A stretch of DNA of 64,000 nucleotides from Macrostomum hystrix (taxonomy: Eukaryota; Animalia; Platyhelminthes), in contig CATNEN010000007.1 in NCBI GenBank assembly GCA_950097015.1, positions 11,966,001 through 12,030,000 on the forward strand, written 5' to 3'. The translations under genes and the position numbers were made by a program. The notes below the pieces were generated by a model. That model saw nothing but the letters and a program-made list of their open reading frames with translations. It did no database searches and was not told the DNA's origin. This document shows, piece by piece, positions 1 through 12,490 of the stretch (position 1 is its first letter; each line of letters opens with the position of its first letter).

Positions 1-3000
1 TTGATACATCCTTGAGTCACTGGTTGACCCATCCTTGACTCACTGATTTACCCATCCTTGACTCACTGATTTATCCATCCTTGACTCACTGGTTGACACA
101 TCCTTGGCTCACTGATCGACCCATGCTTGACTCACTGGTTGATACATCCTTGACTCACTGGTTGACCCATCCTTGACTCACTGATCGACCCATGCTTGAC
201 TCACTGGTTGACCCATCCTTGACTCACTGATTTACCCATCCTTGACTCACTGATTTATCCATCCTTGACTCACTGGTTGATCCATCCTTGACTCACTGAT
301 TGACCCATGCTTGACTCACTGGTTGATACATCCTTGACTCACTGGTTGATCCATCCTTGACTCACTGGTTGATCCATCCTTGACTCACTGATTGACCCAT
401 GCTTGACTCACTGGTTGATACATCCTTGACTCACTGGTTGACCCATCCTTGACTCACTGATCGACCCATGCTTGACTCACTGATTTACACATCCTTGACT
501 CACTGATCGACCCATGCTTGACTCACTGGTTGATACATCCTTGACTCACTGGTTGACCCATCCTTGACTCACTGATTTACCCATCCTTGACTCACTGATT
601 TATCCATCCTTGACTCACTGGTTGACACATCCTTGGCTCACTGATCGACCCATGCTTGACTCACTGGTTGATACATCCTTGACTCACTGGTTGACCCATC
701 CTTGACTCACTGATTTACCCATCCTTGACTCACTGATTTATCCATCCTTGACTCACTGGTTGATCCATCCTTGACTCACTGATTGACCCATGCTTGACTC
801 ACTGGTTGATACATCCTTGACTCACTGGTTGACCCATCCTTGACTCACTGATCGACCCATGCTTGACTCACTGGTTGATACATCCTTGAGTCACTGGTTG
901 ACCCATCCTTGACTCACTGATTTACCCATCCTTGACTCACTGATTTATCCATCCTTGACTCACTGGTTGACACATCCTTGGCTCACTGATTTATCCATCC
1001 TTGACTCACTGGTTGACACATCCTTGGCTCACTGATCGACCCATGCTTGACTCACTGGTTGATACATCCTTGACTCACTGGTTGACCCATCCTTGACTCA
1101 CTGATCGACCCATGCTTGACTCACTGGTTGACCCATCCTTGACTCACTGATTTACCCATCCTTGACTCACTGATTTATCCATCCTTGACTCACTGATTTA
1201 TCCATCCTTGACTCACTGGTTGATACATCCTTGACTCGCTGGTTGACCCATCCTTGACTCACTGATTTACCCATCCTTGACTCACTGATTTATCCATCCT
1301 TGACTCACTGGTTGACCCATCCTTGACTCACTGATTTACCCATCCTTGACTCACTGATTTATCCATCCTTGACTCACTGGTTGACCCATCCTTGACTCAC
1401 TGATTTACCCATCCTTGACTCACTGATTTATCCATCCTTGACTCACTGATCGACCCATGCTTGACTCACTGGTTGATACATCCTTGACTCACTGGTTGAC
1501 CCATCCTTGACTCACTGATTTACCCATCCTTGACTCACTGATTTATCCATCCTTGACTCACTGGTTGATCCATCCTTGACTCACTGATTGACCCATGCTT
1601 GACTCACTGGTTGATACATCCTTGACTCACTGGTTGATCCATCCTTGACTCACTGGTTGATCCATCCTTGACTCACTGATTGACCCATGCTTGACTCACT
1701 GGTTGATACATCCTTGACTCACTGGTTGACCCATCCTTGACTCACTGATCGACCCATGCTTGACTCACTGATTTACACATCCTTGACTCACTGATCGACC
1801 CATGCTTGACTCACTGGTTGATACTTCCTTGACTCACTGGTTGACCCATCCTTGACTCACTGATTTACCCATCCTTGACTCACTGATTTATCCATCCTTG
1901 ACTCACTGGTTGACACATCCTTGGCTCACTGATCGACCCATGCTTGACTCACTGGTTGATACATCCTTGACTCACTGGTTGACCCATCCTTGACTCACTG
2001 ATTTACCCATCCTTGACTCACTGATTTATCCATCCTTGACTCACTGGTTGATCCATCCTTGACTCACTGATTGACCCATGCTTGACTCACTGGTTGATAC
2101 ATCCTTGACTCACTGGTTGACCCATCCTTGACTCACTGATCGACCCATGCTTGACTCACTGGTTGATACATCCTTGAGTCACTGGTTGACCCATCCTTGA
2201 CTCACTGATTTACCCATCCTTGACTCACTGATTTATCCATCCTTGACTCACTGGTTGACACATCCTTGGCTCACTGATTTATCCATCCTTGACTCACTGG
2301 TTGACACATCCTTGGCTCACTGATCGACCCATGCTTGACTCACTGGTTGATACATCCTTGACTCACTGGTTGACCCATCCTTGACTCACTGATCGACCCA
2401 TGCTTGACTCACTGGTTGACCCATCCTTGACTCACTGATTTACCCATCCTTGACTCACTGATTTATCCATCCTTGACTCACTGATCGACCCATGCTTGAC
2501 TCACTGGTTGATACATCCTTGACTCGCTGGTTGACCCATCCTTGACTCACTGATTTACCCATCCTTGACTCACTGATTTATCCATCCTTGACTCACTGGT
2601 TGACCCATCCTTGACTCACTGATTTACCCATCCTTGACTCACTGATTTATCCATCCTTGACTCACTGGTTGACCCATCCTTGACTCACTGATTTACCCAT
2701 CCTTGACTCACTGATTTATCCATCCTTGACTCACTGATCGACCCATGCTTGACTCACTGGTTGATACATCCTTGACTCACTGGTTGACCCATCCTTGACT
2801 CACTGATTTACCCATCCTTGACTCACTGATTTACCCATCCTTGACTCACTGATCTATCCATCCTTGACTCACTGGTTGACACATCCTTGACTCACTGATC
2901 GACCCATGCTTGACTCACTGGTTGATACATCCTTGACTCACTGGTTGATCCATCCTTGACTCACTGATTGACCCATGCTTGACTCACTGGTTGATACATC

Positions 3001-3148
3001 CTTGACTCACTGGTTGACCCATCCTTGACTCACTGATCGACCCATGCTTGACTTACTGGTTGACCCATCCTTGACTCACTGATCGACCCATGCTTGACTT
3101 ACTGGTTGACCCATCCTTGACTCACTGATCGACCCATGCTTGACTCAT
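1..3148. repeat. 23 bp minisatellite (CCATCCTTGACTCACTGGTTGAC and variants), about 135 units, truncated by the window start; intronic in the FAK-like gene
   Basis: Tandem unit seen directly. Rare variants recur at 1288 bp (56 unit) spacing. The array ends about 35 nt before the acceptor at 3184. Confidence 0.97.
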
Positions 3149-3184
3149 CCTGACGCGTTCTGACTGACCCCACCCGCTCCGCAG

Positions 3185-5142
3185 GTACATCGACCGCCGT
3201 GACCTGGACCTGCTTGAGCAGCTGGGCTCCGGTGAGTTCTCTGTGGTCCATAAGGGCCTCCTGCAGCTGCCAGACGGCCGTCAGCGGCTGGTGGCCATCA
3301 AGCAGCCCCGCAGCAACATGATCTCAGGTGCGCTGGTGGCCGAAGCCGAGAGCATGCGCGAGCTATGCCATCCGCACATTGTGGAGGTGCTGGGCATTTG
3401 CAATGACTGGGTGGTGCTGGAGCTGGCTCTGCTAGGCGAGCTGCGCACCCACCTGCAGACTCGCGCGCCCGAGCGCTGCGATCCAAAACAGCTCACTGCC
3501 TTCTGCGTGCAGCTGGCAGATGCAATTCAGTACCTGCACAGCAAGGACCTGCTGCACAGGTGCGCAGCTTCATATCTAGCTATCGATGTAATGCAATTAA
3601 AATACACAGGCTACTGTTAGCAGTATGTGTAAAAAACATTTTAATTTACACCTGCCCTAATTGGGCCTTGTGTGCAGCTGACAGTACAGCCGCAGTTCAG
3701 TGATATTGTGCAGTGCATCTGAAGGCTGCATTGGGTTGCTCAGTCCTTGGACTAGGGGGGGAACGCCACACCCACCCTCAATTACCCTAGATAATGCTGT
3801 TACCCATTTAACAGCTGAGTAAAGTCGAAAATCGAACCCCCGACCTTCAGACTCGTGAGCCTGAACCTCTAGGTTCCAACCCACTGCATGCATTAAGTTA
3901 AATGAAAGTATTAAACTAGAATTAAAATGATTCATCACCAGTGCTTTGACGGTTAGCTTGATTGAATACTCCAGGGACGTGGCTTGCCGCAACGTCCTGC
4001 TGATGCAGCCGACGGTCATCAAGCTGGCCGACTTCGGCCTGAGCCGCAAGCTGGCAGCCAATGAGGAGTACTACAAGGCATCTGGCGGCAAGCTGCCAAT
4101 CAAGTGGCTGCCGCCCGAGGCCTACAACGCCAGAAAGTTCACGCCGGCCTCGGACGTCTGGATGCTGGCCGTCTGCTGCTGGGAGATCTACAGCTGCGGC
4201 GAGAAGCCCTGGTCCGGCCTCAGCAATGTTGATGCAATCCGCAAGGTTGAAGCTCGCGTGCAACTGGCCAAGCCGCTGCTCTGCCCGCTGGCCGCCTACA
4301 ACCTGCTTTGCCTGTGCTGGACCTACGAGCCCCGCCTGCGGCCCTCCGCCGAGCAGTTCCGGTCTCGCATGGCTGCGCTCACCCCAGAGCAGCTGCAGGT
4401 GCGAAATACGACCAGCAACAACAACAACAACATCGGCAGAGGCAACACCAACGTCAGCGGAGACTATTACGCATCCTCGGCTGCCACCGTCTCGCCGCGG
4501 CGGCCCGACTCGGCCGGCAGCATGGATGATGTCTTCGATACGTCGGCATCAGCATCGCCGACTCCCGCGGCACTGGCGGCCGTTGCAGCGGTCGCGACTA
4601 CCACTCCGACGTCAGTAGCAGAAGTCAGCGCTCCTCCAAAGCCGCCGATGCTGAAGTCGCCTACGCCGACAACAACCGCGGCGTCGCCTTCCGTCTCGCC
4701 CACTCCGCCTATCGCCATAGCCGCTATCTCTGCCGCAGTCGTCGCTTCTTCGTCGCCGGCACACGCCACCCAGGAGCAAGCGGTGATCGCCGCCGCCGTC
4801 TCGCTGGTGCGGGCGCTGAACAATCTGGTACAAGGTTATGTGTCAGCCGCGTCAGGGGATCCCCGCCAGCTTATTGGCCATTTGCGCGCAGCTGGCGCCG
4901 AGCTCAAGTCCCTATACCACCTGGTTGAGTCCTCGCCCCAGCTGGCTGGCAGTCCGGCAGTGCAGCGCCAGTGCCAGAGCCTGACCCGCGACCTGGCCCA
5001 GCTGGTGCGCTTCTTCCGTGCCGCCCAGGCCGCCTACGCCGCTGGCGACGCCGCCAGGTTTCAGGCGCTGATGCGGGAGATGCTGAAGAGCGCCGCTGCG
5101 CTAGGTAACAATGCCAGGGCTCTGGCGAAGGCTGTGCGGTAG
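3185..5142 (+). CDS. PTK2: Focal adhesion kinase (FAK/PTK2)-like tyrosine kinase, last two exons (3185-3559, 3975-5142); the 5' part lies outside the window
   Basis: Motifs LGSGEFSVVHKG, VAIK, HR|DVACRN (across GT-AG intron 3560-3974), DFGLSR, YYKASGGKLPIKWLPPE and SDVWM (FAK has YYKASKGKLPIKWMAPE), followed by a PPKPP proline motif and a helical FAT-like C-terminus. Confidence 0.85.
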
Positions 5143-6689
5143 AGCCACGCAGTGCTGCGGAGGGACTGCTGGAGCCTTGGAGAAATCAGAACGGTTAGCA
5201 TAACGAATGGGGAAGCAGTGAATTTGAGTTCTATGCTCACTTGACTAGAAATTATTGTTCATGGATATTCAATGCAAGCTGTTCCATCGATATTTCCCTA
5301 CCTGCCTGCTTATTACTTGTAAATTGTTGAGCAAAATTCGAGAAATCTCATCTGCCAGTCGTAGAGCCAATGACCGTTTCACGTTATTTTTGGCTGCAGA
5401 ATTCAATAAAAATGCGTCCCAAAACTGAAATTGTTTTCCTCATAAATTATAGTTGGATTAAATTAAGTGGGATAATTTTCCACCTGAGGAGATACTATTT
5501 TAGCCATATAAGGCTTCACATTTCTAGCTCTCGCTGGTTTCCGCTCAGCTTTTTAGAATTCTGCTGATAAGCACCTGTTGAGTAGAATGCACTTTTACTC
5601 TAGTTATTGTGCTCAAATTTCACTGCTATTTTGTGCATTCTGGAGAATCTGATGCGAACTATTCACCCACGTGCCTGTCTGCTCCATATCTGTTTGTACA
5701 TAAATGTAGAGCCTGCGCGCTTCCTAACTTGGCCTTCTAAAACAATCATTGATGAATTTAATTTCGGCAACGAATAAATTAACATTTGAACTGGTCCGCA
5801 AACCGAAGCTTGCTACTAACAGTAGCTAACTCTGGCTGCTTCACTATTTTTACATATATTTACTTGTATACTATTGATTGGTGCTGCAGTTGGTTTCTGG
5901 CTGGCTCCTCCGCCGCTGTCTGTAATGCACAATATCTATCCATTAATGAATTGTGACAATATTTGTCTATTGTTCTTCCATTACTAAAGCACTTGGAGCC
6001 TCATATTCATTTTAGACACGTTTTTTTATCTATTGCATATATTTATGCAATTCTCTGCCTTTTATCCCGCGTCGCCAGGTTGTCTTTGATATAATATTGA
6101 ATAAATATTTTGATATTTAGATGTACTTTTGTTGCTATCCTGTTGCTATGCTATGCTTTCATTCGCATATCAACCAATCAATCAGCTATTATACACTCAC
6201 TCGCATGTACTTTTCCGATAGCTCGTTTACCCCAGCTTTCCCTTGAGCACAGCGGGTCAGTGACTAGCTCTGCTCAGCCATCGCTGGTGCTGATAACTGC
6301 AGGTGCCCTGCTAAATATAACCTGCTAGTTCCTACTCAAACTGATGTGTCAATTCACTGATATTTTCTATTTTATAACATTATGCCCCGTCACAATCTCT
6401 GTTTTTTCACTTTGATTCTTCTTCAAATAAGCGGAGAGAGGCCACAGACACTTTCGGGTGTTTTTGGACAGTTTTTTAGAAATTTTTCATGTGATGGCTG
6501 CTATTTGAGATTGGATATAAATATCTGTGGCGTCACACATTTATTGCAATCGCAGCCACCTGCTTTTCCACCTGCCATCCTGTGTTTGGCTTTTTTCTTT
6601 TCCATGTAGCTAGCATTAAAGCCTTTCACTTGCAATTAACGATTTTTATGGCCTAGAGCCCTGTTCCTCAGCTTTTGCAAACCCACTCC

Positions 6690-7420
6690 CTCACCTGTCA
6701 AATACCTATCCGTCACCTGTCAAATACCTATCCCTCACCTGTCAAATACCTATCCCTCACCTGTCAAATACCTATCCCTCACCTGTCAAATACCTATCCC
6801 TCACCTGTCAAATACCTATCCCTCACCTGTCAAATACCTATCCCTCACCTGTAAAAACATATTCCTCACCTGTCAAATACCTATCCCTCAACTGTCAAAA
6901 ACCTATCCCTCACCTGTAAAAACATATTCATCACCTGTCAAATACCTATCCCTCACCTGTAAAATACCTATCCCTCACCTGTCAAATACCTATCCCTCAC
7001 CTGTCAAATACCTATCCCTCAACTGTCAAATACCTATCCCTCACCTGTCAAATACCTATCCCTCACCTGTCAAATACCTATCCCTCACCTGTCAAATACC
7101 TATCCCTCACCTGTAAAAACATATTCCTCACCTGTCAAATACCTATCCCTCAACTGTCAAAAACCTATCCCTCACCTGTAAAAACATATTCATCACCTGT
7201 CAAATACCTATCCCTCACCTGTAAAATACCTATCCCTCACCTGTCAAATACCTATCCCTCACCTGTCAAATGCATATCACTCACCTGTCAAATACATATA
7301 ACTCACCTGTCAAATACATATAACTCACCTGTCAAATACATATCACACCTGTCATATTCATATCACTCACCTGTCAAATTCATATCACTCACCTGTCAAA
7401 TAACTATCAATGCCTGTTGA
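6690..7420. repeat. 22 bp minisatellite (TCACCTGTCAAATACCTATCCC)
   Basis: Tandem unit seen directly, degenerate toward the 3' end. Confidence 0.95.
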
Positions 7421-7587
7421 ATACCTATTCCTCAACTGTAAGAGCCCCAGTTTCTCTGTTAGCAAAAGTGCATGATTGTCAGATGAAGCAACAGGCCGCA
7501 CTGATCCTTAATTATTTCTAGCTCATCCCGTGTTATTCACATGTCGCTGCACTTTAACGCTATTTTTGCCTATTTTCAGCACCTGCG

Positions 7588-8103
7588 ATGGGGGCATTCG
7601 CTTCGGCTCAGCAGCGGCAGCAAGCTTCTTTAACCACAGTCTCCGAGGCACCGCCCCAGACGGTGCTGGTGGCTGTGGACGGCTCTCAGGACAGCGAGCA
7701 AGCACTAGAGTTTTATCGCAGGCGCGCCGCCCGTCCAAACGATGACATTGTCCTTCTGCACGCTGCCGGCCTGCCGCTGTACTTCGGCGCGCCCACCGGC
7801 GACTTGCCGTCAGCCTCAGACGTGGACCTGGCGCTGGAGAGCACCAGGATGCGGGTGGCCCGCCTCCGCGAAGCCATGCTCAGCCGCTGCGACAGCCTCC
7901 AAATGCGCTGCCGGTTCCGCTTCGTGGAGTCGCTCAGCCCTGGCGCGGCCATCGTGGCTGCCGCTCAGGCCGAAGGCGCCAGCCTGGTGGTGGTCGGCAC
8001 CCGCGGCCTCGGGACCGTCAGGCGCACGCTTCTCGGCTCCGTCAGCGATTACGTCATCTCGCACTGTCACGTGCCGGTGCTGGTGGTGCCGCCGGAGAGC
8101 TAG
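7588..8103 (+). CDS. Universal stress protein (UspA family), 171 aa, no intron within the CDS
   Basis: VLVAVDGS near the N-terminus and the USP ATP-binding signature LVVVGTRGLGTVRRTLLGSVSDYVISHCHVPVLVVP. AATAAA at 8403. Confidence 0.93.
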   Translation: MGAFASAQQRQQASLTTVSEAPPQTVLVAVDGSQDSEQALEFYRRRAARPNDDIVLLHAAGLPLYFGAPTGDLPSASDVDLALESTRMRVARLREAMLSRCDSLQMRCRFRFVESLSPGAAIVAAAQAEGASLVVVGTRGLGTVRRTLLGSVSDYVISHCHVPVLVVPPES

Positions 8104-8685
8104 CCGGCTGACCTGAGCTCCAGTGCGGCCTAGAATCTTCTGACTTTTGTTTAGTTGATCTTCAGCCGTCGCATCAGCTTATTCAAACAAATAGCGCCCA
8201 TCTCAACCAATACAGCTGCAGCCAGCTCTTAGCATTATCCAATACAGCCGTGAATAGTGATAATGCGAGATTAGCTCTGTGATTCCATGCACCTGTCTCA
8301 TACCTGGCGTACTCTTTCAGTTATTTGCATTGCGCAAACTAACCCTGATCTCCTGTGTAGTGTTTGTTTACCAATATTTTTCAATACGTGTGTCAATAGA
8401 AAAATAAACTGCGCCTCACAGTTGCGGTCAACTTGAGCACTTATAGTTAGCTTTCCTGGAATTATTTTTTATGGGCCTTTATGTTAGATAAGGTCCCTTA
8501 GCTGAGCCTTTAGCTGAGCCTTAAAGTCAGTGAAATTCTTATGCATTAATTCAACTTTGACGATAATTTCAGCCTCTTCTTAGTACTGCTGCTCGGCCTA
8601 TCAGTAGTGTAAAAGCGCGTCAAACTAACTTTTAAGGTGCGCCGGCGGCCGCCAAAAGAGTATAACAAAGACTCCTTCAGCCGCC

Positions 8686-10872
8686 ATGCTGTCCAGAATG
8701 TCCGCATCTTCCACCCTCGCCTTGGTCACTACCGGCGGCCCCGCCCGCTGCCTGCTCTGCCACCGCGCTGTCCGCCTCCTGTCCACAGGTGAGCGACATT
8801 AGGCCAGTCTGTTTGGCTGCTTTAATCTGTCACCCATTGTGTCTGCTTGGCTGCTTTAGTCTGTCACCCATTGTGTCTGTTTGGCTGCTTTAGTCTGTCA
8901 CCCATTGTGTCTGCTTGGCTGCTTTAGTCTGTCACCCATTGTGTCTGTTTGGCTGCTTTAGTCTGTCACCCATTGTGTCTGCTTGGCTGCTTTAGTCTGT
9001 CACCCATTGTGTCTGCTTGGCTGCTTTAGTCTGTCACCCATTGTGTCTGTTTGGCTGCTTTAGTCTGTCACCCATTGTGTCTGTTTGGCTGCTTTAGTCT
9101 GTCACCCATTGTGTCTGCTTGGCTGCTTTAGTCTGTCACCCATTGTGTCTGCTTGGCTGCTTTAGTCTGTCACCCATTGTGTCTGTTTGGCTGCTTTAGT
9201 CTGTCACCCATTGTGTCTGTTTGGCTGCTTTAGTCTGTCACCTATTGTGTCTGCTTGGCTGCTTTAGTCTGTCACCCATTGTGTCTGTTTGGCTGCTTTA
9301 GTCTGTCACCCATTGTGTCTGCTTGGCTGCTTTAGTCTGTCACCCATTGTGTCTGCTTGGCTGTTTTAGTCTGTCACCCATTGTGTCTGCTTGGCTGCTT
9401 TAGTCTGTCACCCATTGTGTCTGCTTGGCTGCTTTAGTCTGTCACCCATTGTGTCTGCTTGGCTGTTTTAGTCTGTCACCCATTGTGTCTGCTTGGCTGC
9501 TTTAGTCTGTCACCCATTGTGTCTGTTTGGCTGTTTTAGTCTGTCACCCATTGTGTCTGCTTGGCTGCTTTAGTCTGTCACCCATTGTGTCTGCTTGGCT
9601 GCTTTAGTCTGTCACCCATTGTGTCTGCTTGGCTGCTTTAGTCTGTCACCCATTGTGTCTGTTTGGCTGTTCCATTAGACTCAGTATAACTGTATTTACA
9701 TTTGCATGAGAGCCTCAAATTGTTAATAAATTGCAGCCAGGCCCAATGTTCAGCCCAAGCCACCGGCAGATACGGCAGTGGAGCAATCGCCACAACTGCA
9801 GCATCAGCACCGGGCGTCGCAGCCAAAGCCGTCTCCACCGGCGGCCTCGGCCCCCTTCCCCCTGTCGGATCCGGTGGCCGGCGTCACCGACCAGCCCCAG
9901 CGGCAAGCGCTGATGCGGCACCAGTGGTTCCAGGTGGACCGGGATCTCACTAAGCCTGGCGTCTACCTGGCCCTGGCCAAGTCCCGCCTGACCCTCCTGG
10001 TGGTGGCCACCGCTGCAGCCGGCTACGCCATGGCGCCTGGCGCCGTCGACCCGGTGGCCCTCGCCGCCTGCCTGGCCGGCACCGCCGCTGTCTCAGCCAG
10101 CGCCAACACCGTCAACCAGCTGCTGGAGATTCCCTACGACGCCCAGATGTCGCGCACCCAGGCCCGGCCGCTCGTCACTGGCCGAGTGTCTCCGGCCACT
10201 GGAGCCGTCTTCGCCGCAGTCAGCGGATTCGGTGGTCTCGGCCTCCTGGCAGGCCTGGCCAGCCCGGTGAGCGCGGGCCTGGCTGCCGTCAACCACCTCC
10301 TGTACTGCGCCGCGTACACCCCGGCCAAGCGGCGAACCGTGGCCAATACGGCCATCGGAGCCGTGGTCGGCGCCCTGCCGCCCCTCATTGGCTGGAGCGC
10401 CGCCACTGGCGGCTTCCTTGACATCGGCGCCATCCTGCTGGGCCTGCTGATGTTCCACTGGCAGTTTCCGCATTTCCACGCGCTCAGCTGGGCCCTGCGC
10501 GATGATTACAGCCGGGCCGGCTACTGCATGGCCTCCGTGCTGCAGCCCGACCGCTGCCGCCGCTCCACCCTGCTCAACTCCTTCATGTTCTCAGCCGTGT
10601 GCTACTGCATGCCGCTGAGCGGCATCACCTCCTGGTTCTTCCTTATCGACACCCTGCCGTTCAACGCGGCCCTGATGTACTTCTCAGCCAGATTCTACTG
10701 GCGCGGGGACAGCCAGAGCGGCAAGCGGCTGTTCCAGTTCACCCTCATCAACCTGCCGGTGGTGTTCGCGCTGATGCTGATCAGCCGCACTCCGGACAGC
10801 GAGCGGGAGCGGGACCGGCGGCATCGGGAGAGCACCGGCGAGCATTTCCAGTTCGGGCTGTGGCGCTTGTGA
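8686..10872 (+). CDS. COX10: Protoheme IX farnesyltransferase (COX10), exons 8686-8788 and 9737-10872, about 412 aa
   Basis: UbiA-family motifs LAKSRLT, NQLLEIPYDAQMSRTQARPLVTG, YTPAKR, GAVVGALPPLIGW and WQFPHFHAL. Exon 1 (MLSRMSASSTLALV...RAVRLLST) looks like a mitochondrial presequence. The phase-1 G|GTGAG donor joins the TTGCAG acceptor in frame. Confidence 0.93.
8806..9670. repeat. 34 bp minisatellite filling COX10 intron 1 (CTGCTTGGCTGCTTTAGTCTGTCACCCATTGTGT)
   Basis: Tandem unit seen directly, about 25 copies. Confidence 0.96.
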
Positions 10873-10984
10873 TCCGCGGCTTGGACTGTCTGGCTTGAGA
10901 ACTTTGTGTCATGCACTGACATCATCGTATTCTGGGCTTTGAGATTACCTAAATCATGTAGAATTCTTTGGCGTCACTAGTGAT

Positions 10985-11450
10985 TCTCTACAGATCATGA
11001 GATTCTCTTCAGGTCGTGAGATTCTCTTCAGATCATGCGATTCTCTACATGTTGTGAGATTCTCTTCTGCTCATGAGATTCTCTACATGTTGTGAGATTC
11101 TCTTCTGCTCATGAGATTCTCTACATGTTGTGAGATTTTCTTCCGCTCATGAGATTCTCTTCAGATCATGAGATTCTCTACATGTTCTGAGATTCTCTTC
11201 TGCTCATGAGATTCTCTACATGTTGTGAGATTCTCTTCAGTTCATGAGATTCTCTATATGTTGTGAGATTCTCTTCCGCTCATGAGATTCTCTTCAGATC
11301 ATGAGATTCTCTACATGTTGTGAGATTCTCTTCTGCTCATGAGATTCTCTACATGTTGTGAGATTCTCTTCCGCTCATGAGATTCTCTTCAGATCATGAG
11401 ATTCTCTACATGTTGTGAGATTCTCTTCAGATCATGAGATTCCCTAGATG
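10985..11450. repeat. 19 bp minisatellite with alternating variants (GAGATTCTCTACATGTTGT / GAGATTCTCTTCTGCTCAT), probably in the COX10 3' UTR
   Basis: Tandem unit seen directly. It lies between the COX10 stop and the AATAAA at 11665. Confidence 0.9.
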
Positions 11451-11845
11451 ATAGTTTTGGGTCTCATTAAGAATGCTTAAAAGCGAATGGAGAATATTTA
11501 AGGCTTTAGTGAAAAGTCATAAAAAATTATTTGACGTCTTTTATGGTTAGCATGCCAGATTTTCTGTCTTGCTCTTTGTTATGTGTAGCTAATTTGTTCA
11601 TGTCGCAATTCATTGTCTGTAGTTTGCGATATAAAATATTGCTGAATTGTTTAACTTTTTGTTCAATAAAAGAAACATATTTTTATAGCATTACTGACCT
11701 TGACTTTGATTCTCTCTGATGCATTTAATTTAAATTTAGCGCTTTGGTTCGCATCACTCTACTTCTGGCAACCGGTGAGTAGTGCACATGGGACGCGCTC
11801 TGCATGCATTTTATTGTCCACGCATTGCAGCCGCTGCCGTTGCTC

Positions 11846-12490
11846 ATGCTGCGCCGCGCCTCCGCCGCCCTGCTGCGCCAGCTGCAGCTGCCTGGCCGAG
11901 CAGCCGCCGCCTGCCACCAGCAGCAGCGCCGCGGCCTCGCCAACATCGGCCAGAACCCCATCGGCGTCTTCCCCACCTTCCCCAGCGTGAGGAACCCGTG
12001 GGTTGAGGAGCTGCAGCAGCAGCCGCCACAGTTCAATCCGGCCCGCTCCGCGCCCGTGGATTACGAGGCCAGCGCGCAGGATTTCGAAGCCTTCGTGGCG
12101 CCTTTGCTGACTCCGGAGACGGTGCCGGAGCCACCGAAGCACGTCGCCTACCCGACTCCGTCTGGCTGGTCGCCGCCTTCGCCAGACGCTTTGTCCTGCC
12201 GCACCGGCCGGCCCTACTCGGTACTGCGCACCAGGAACCACGTCCTGCCCATCTACTACTTGGAGACGGACCGGCGGCGCACGGAGAATGTGCCTGGCAC
12301 CCGCCGCCTCACCGTCATCAAGCGGATTCAGGGCGACACGGCCGCCCTGGCCGAGGACCTCCGCCGCCTGCTGGAGCCGGACAACGACGGGCCGCTGTTC
12401 ATGCAGGTTGACGACGTGGCGGGCAGCATCAGGATTGTCGGGCAGCACGAGGAGCGGATAGCCAAGTTCCTCAGCGACTGTGGCTTCTGA
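11846..12490 (+). CDS. MRPL49: Mitochondrial ribosomal protein mL49 (MRPL49/Img2), about 214 aa
   Basis: PTPSGW..P, YSVLRTRNHVLPIY, RRLTVIKRIQGD and QVDDVAGSIRIVG...FLSDCGF match the mL49 pattern ending in GF. ATG 11846 begins the presequence-like MLRRASAALLRQL. An upstream in-frame ATG exists at 11804. Confidence 0.88.
   Translation: MLRRASAALLRQLQLPGRAAAACHQQQRRGLANIGQNPIGVFPTFPSVRNPWVEELQQQPPQFNPARSAPVDYEASAQDFEAFVAPLLTPETVPEPPKHVAYPTPSGWSPPSPDALSCRTGRPYSVLRTRNHVLPIYYLETDRRRTENVPGTRRLTVIKRIQGDTAALAEDLRRLLEPDNDGPLFMQVDDVAGSIRIVGQHEERIAKFLSDCGF

Noticed and set aside
1-3148. CRISPR-like appearance of this and the other regular arrays
   Set aside because: The units are contiguous with no unique spacers, there are no cas genes, and the context is eukaryotic with spliced genes.
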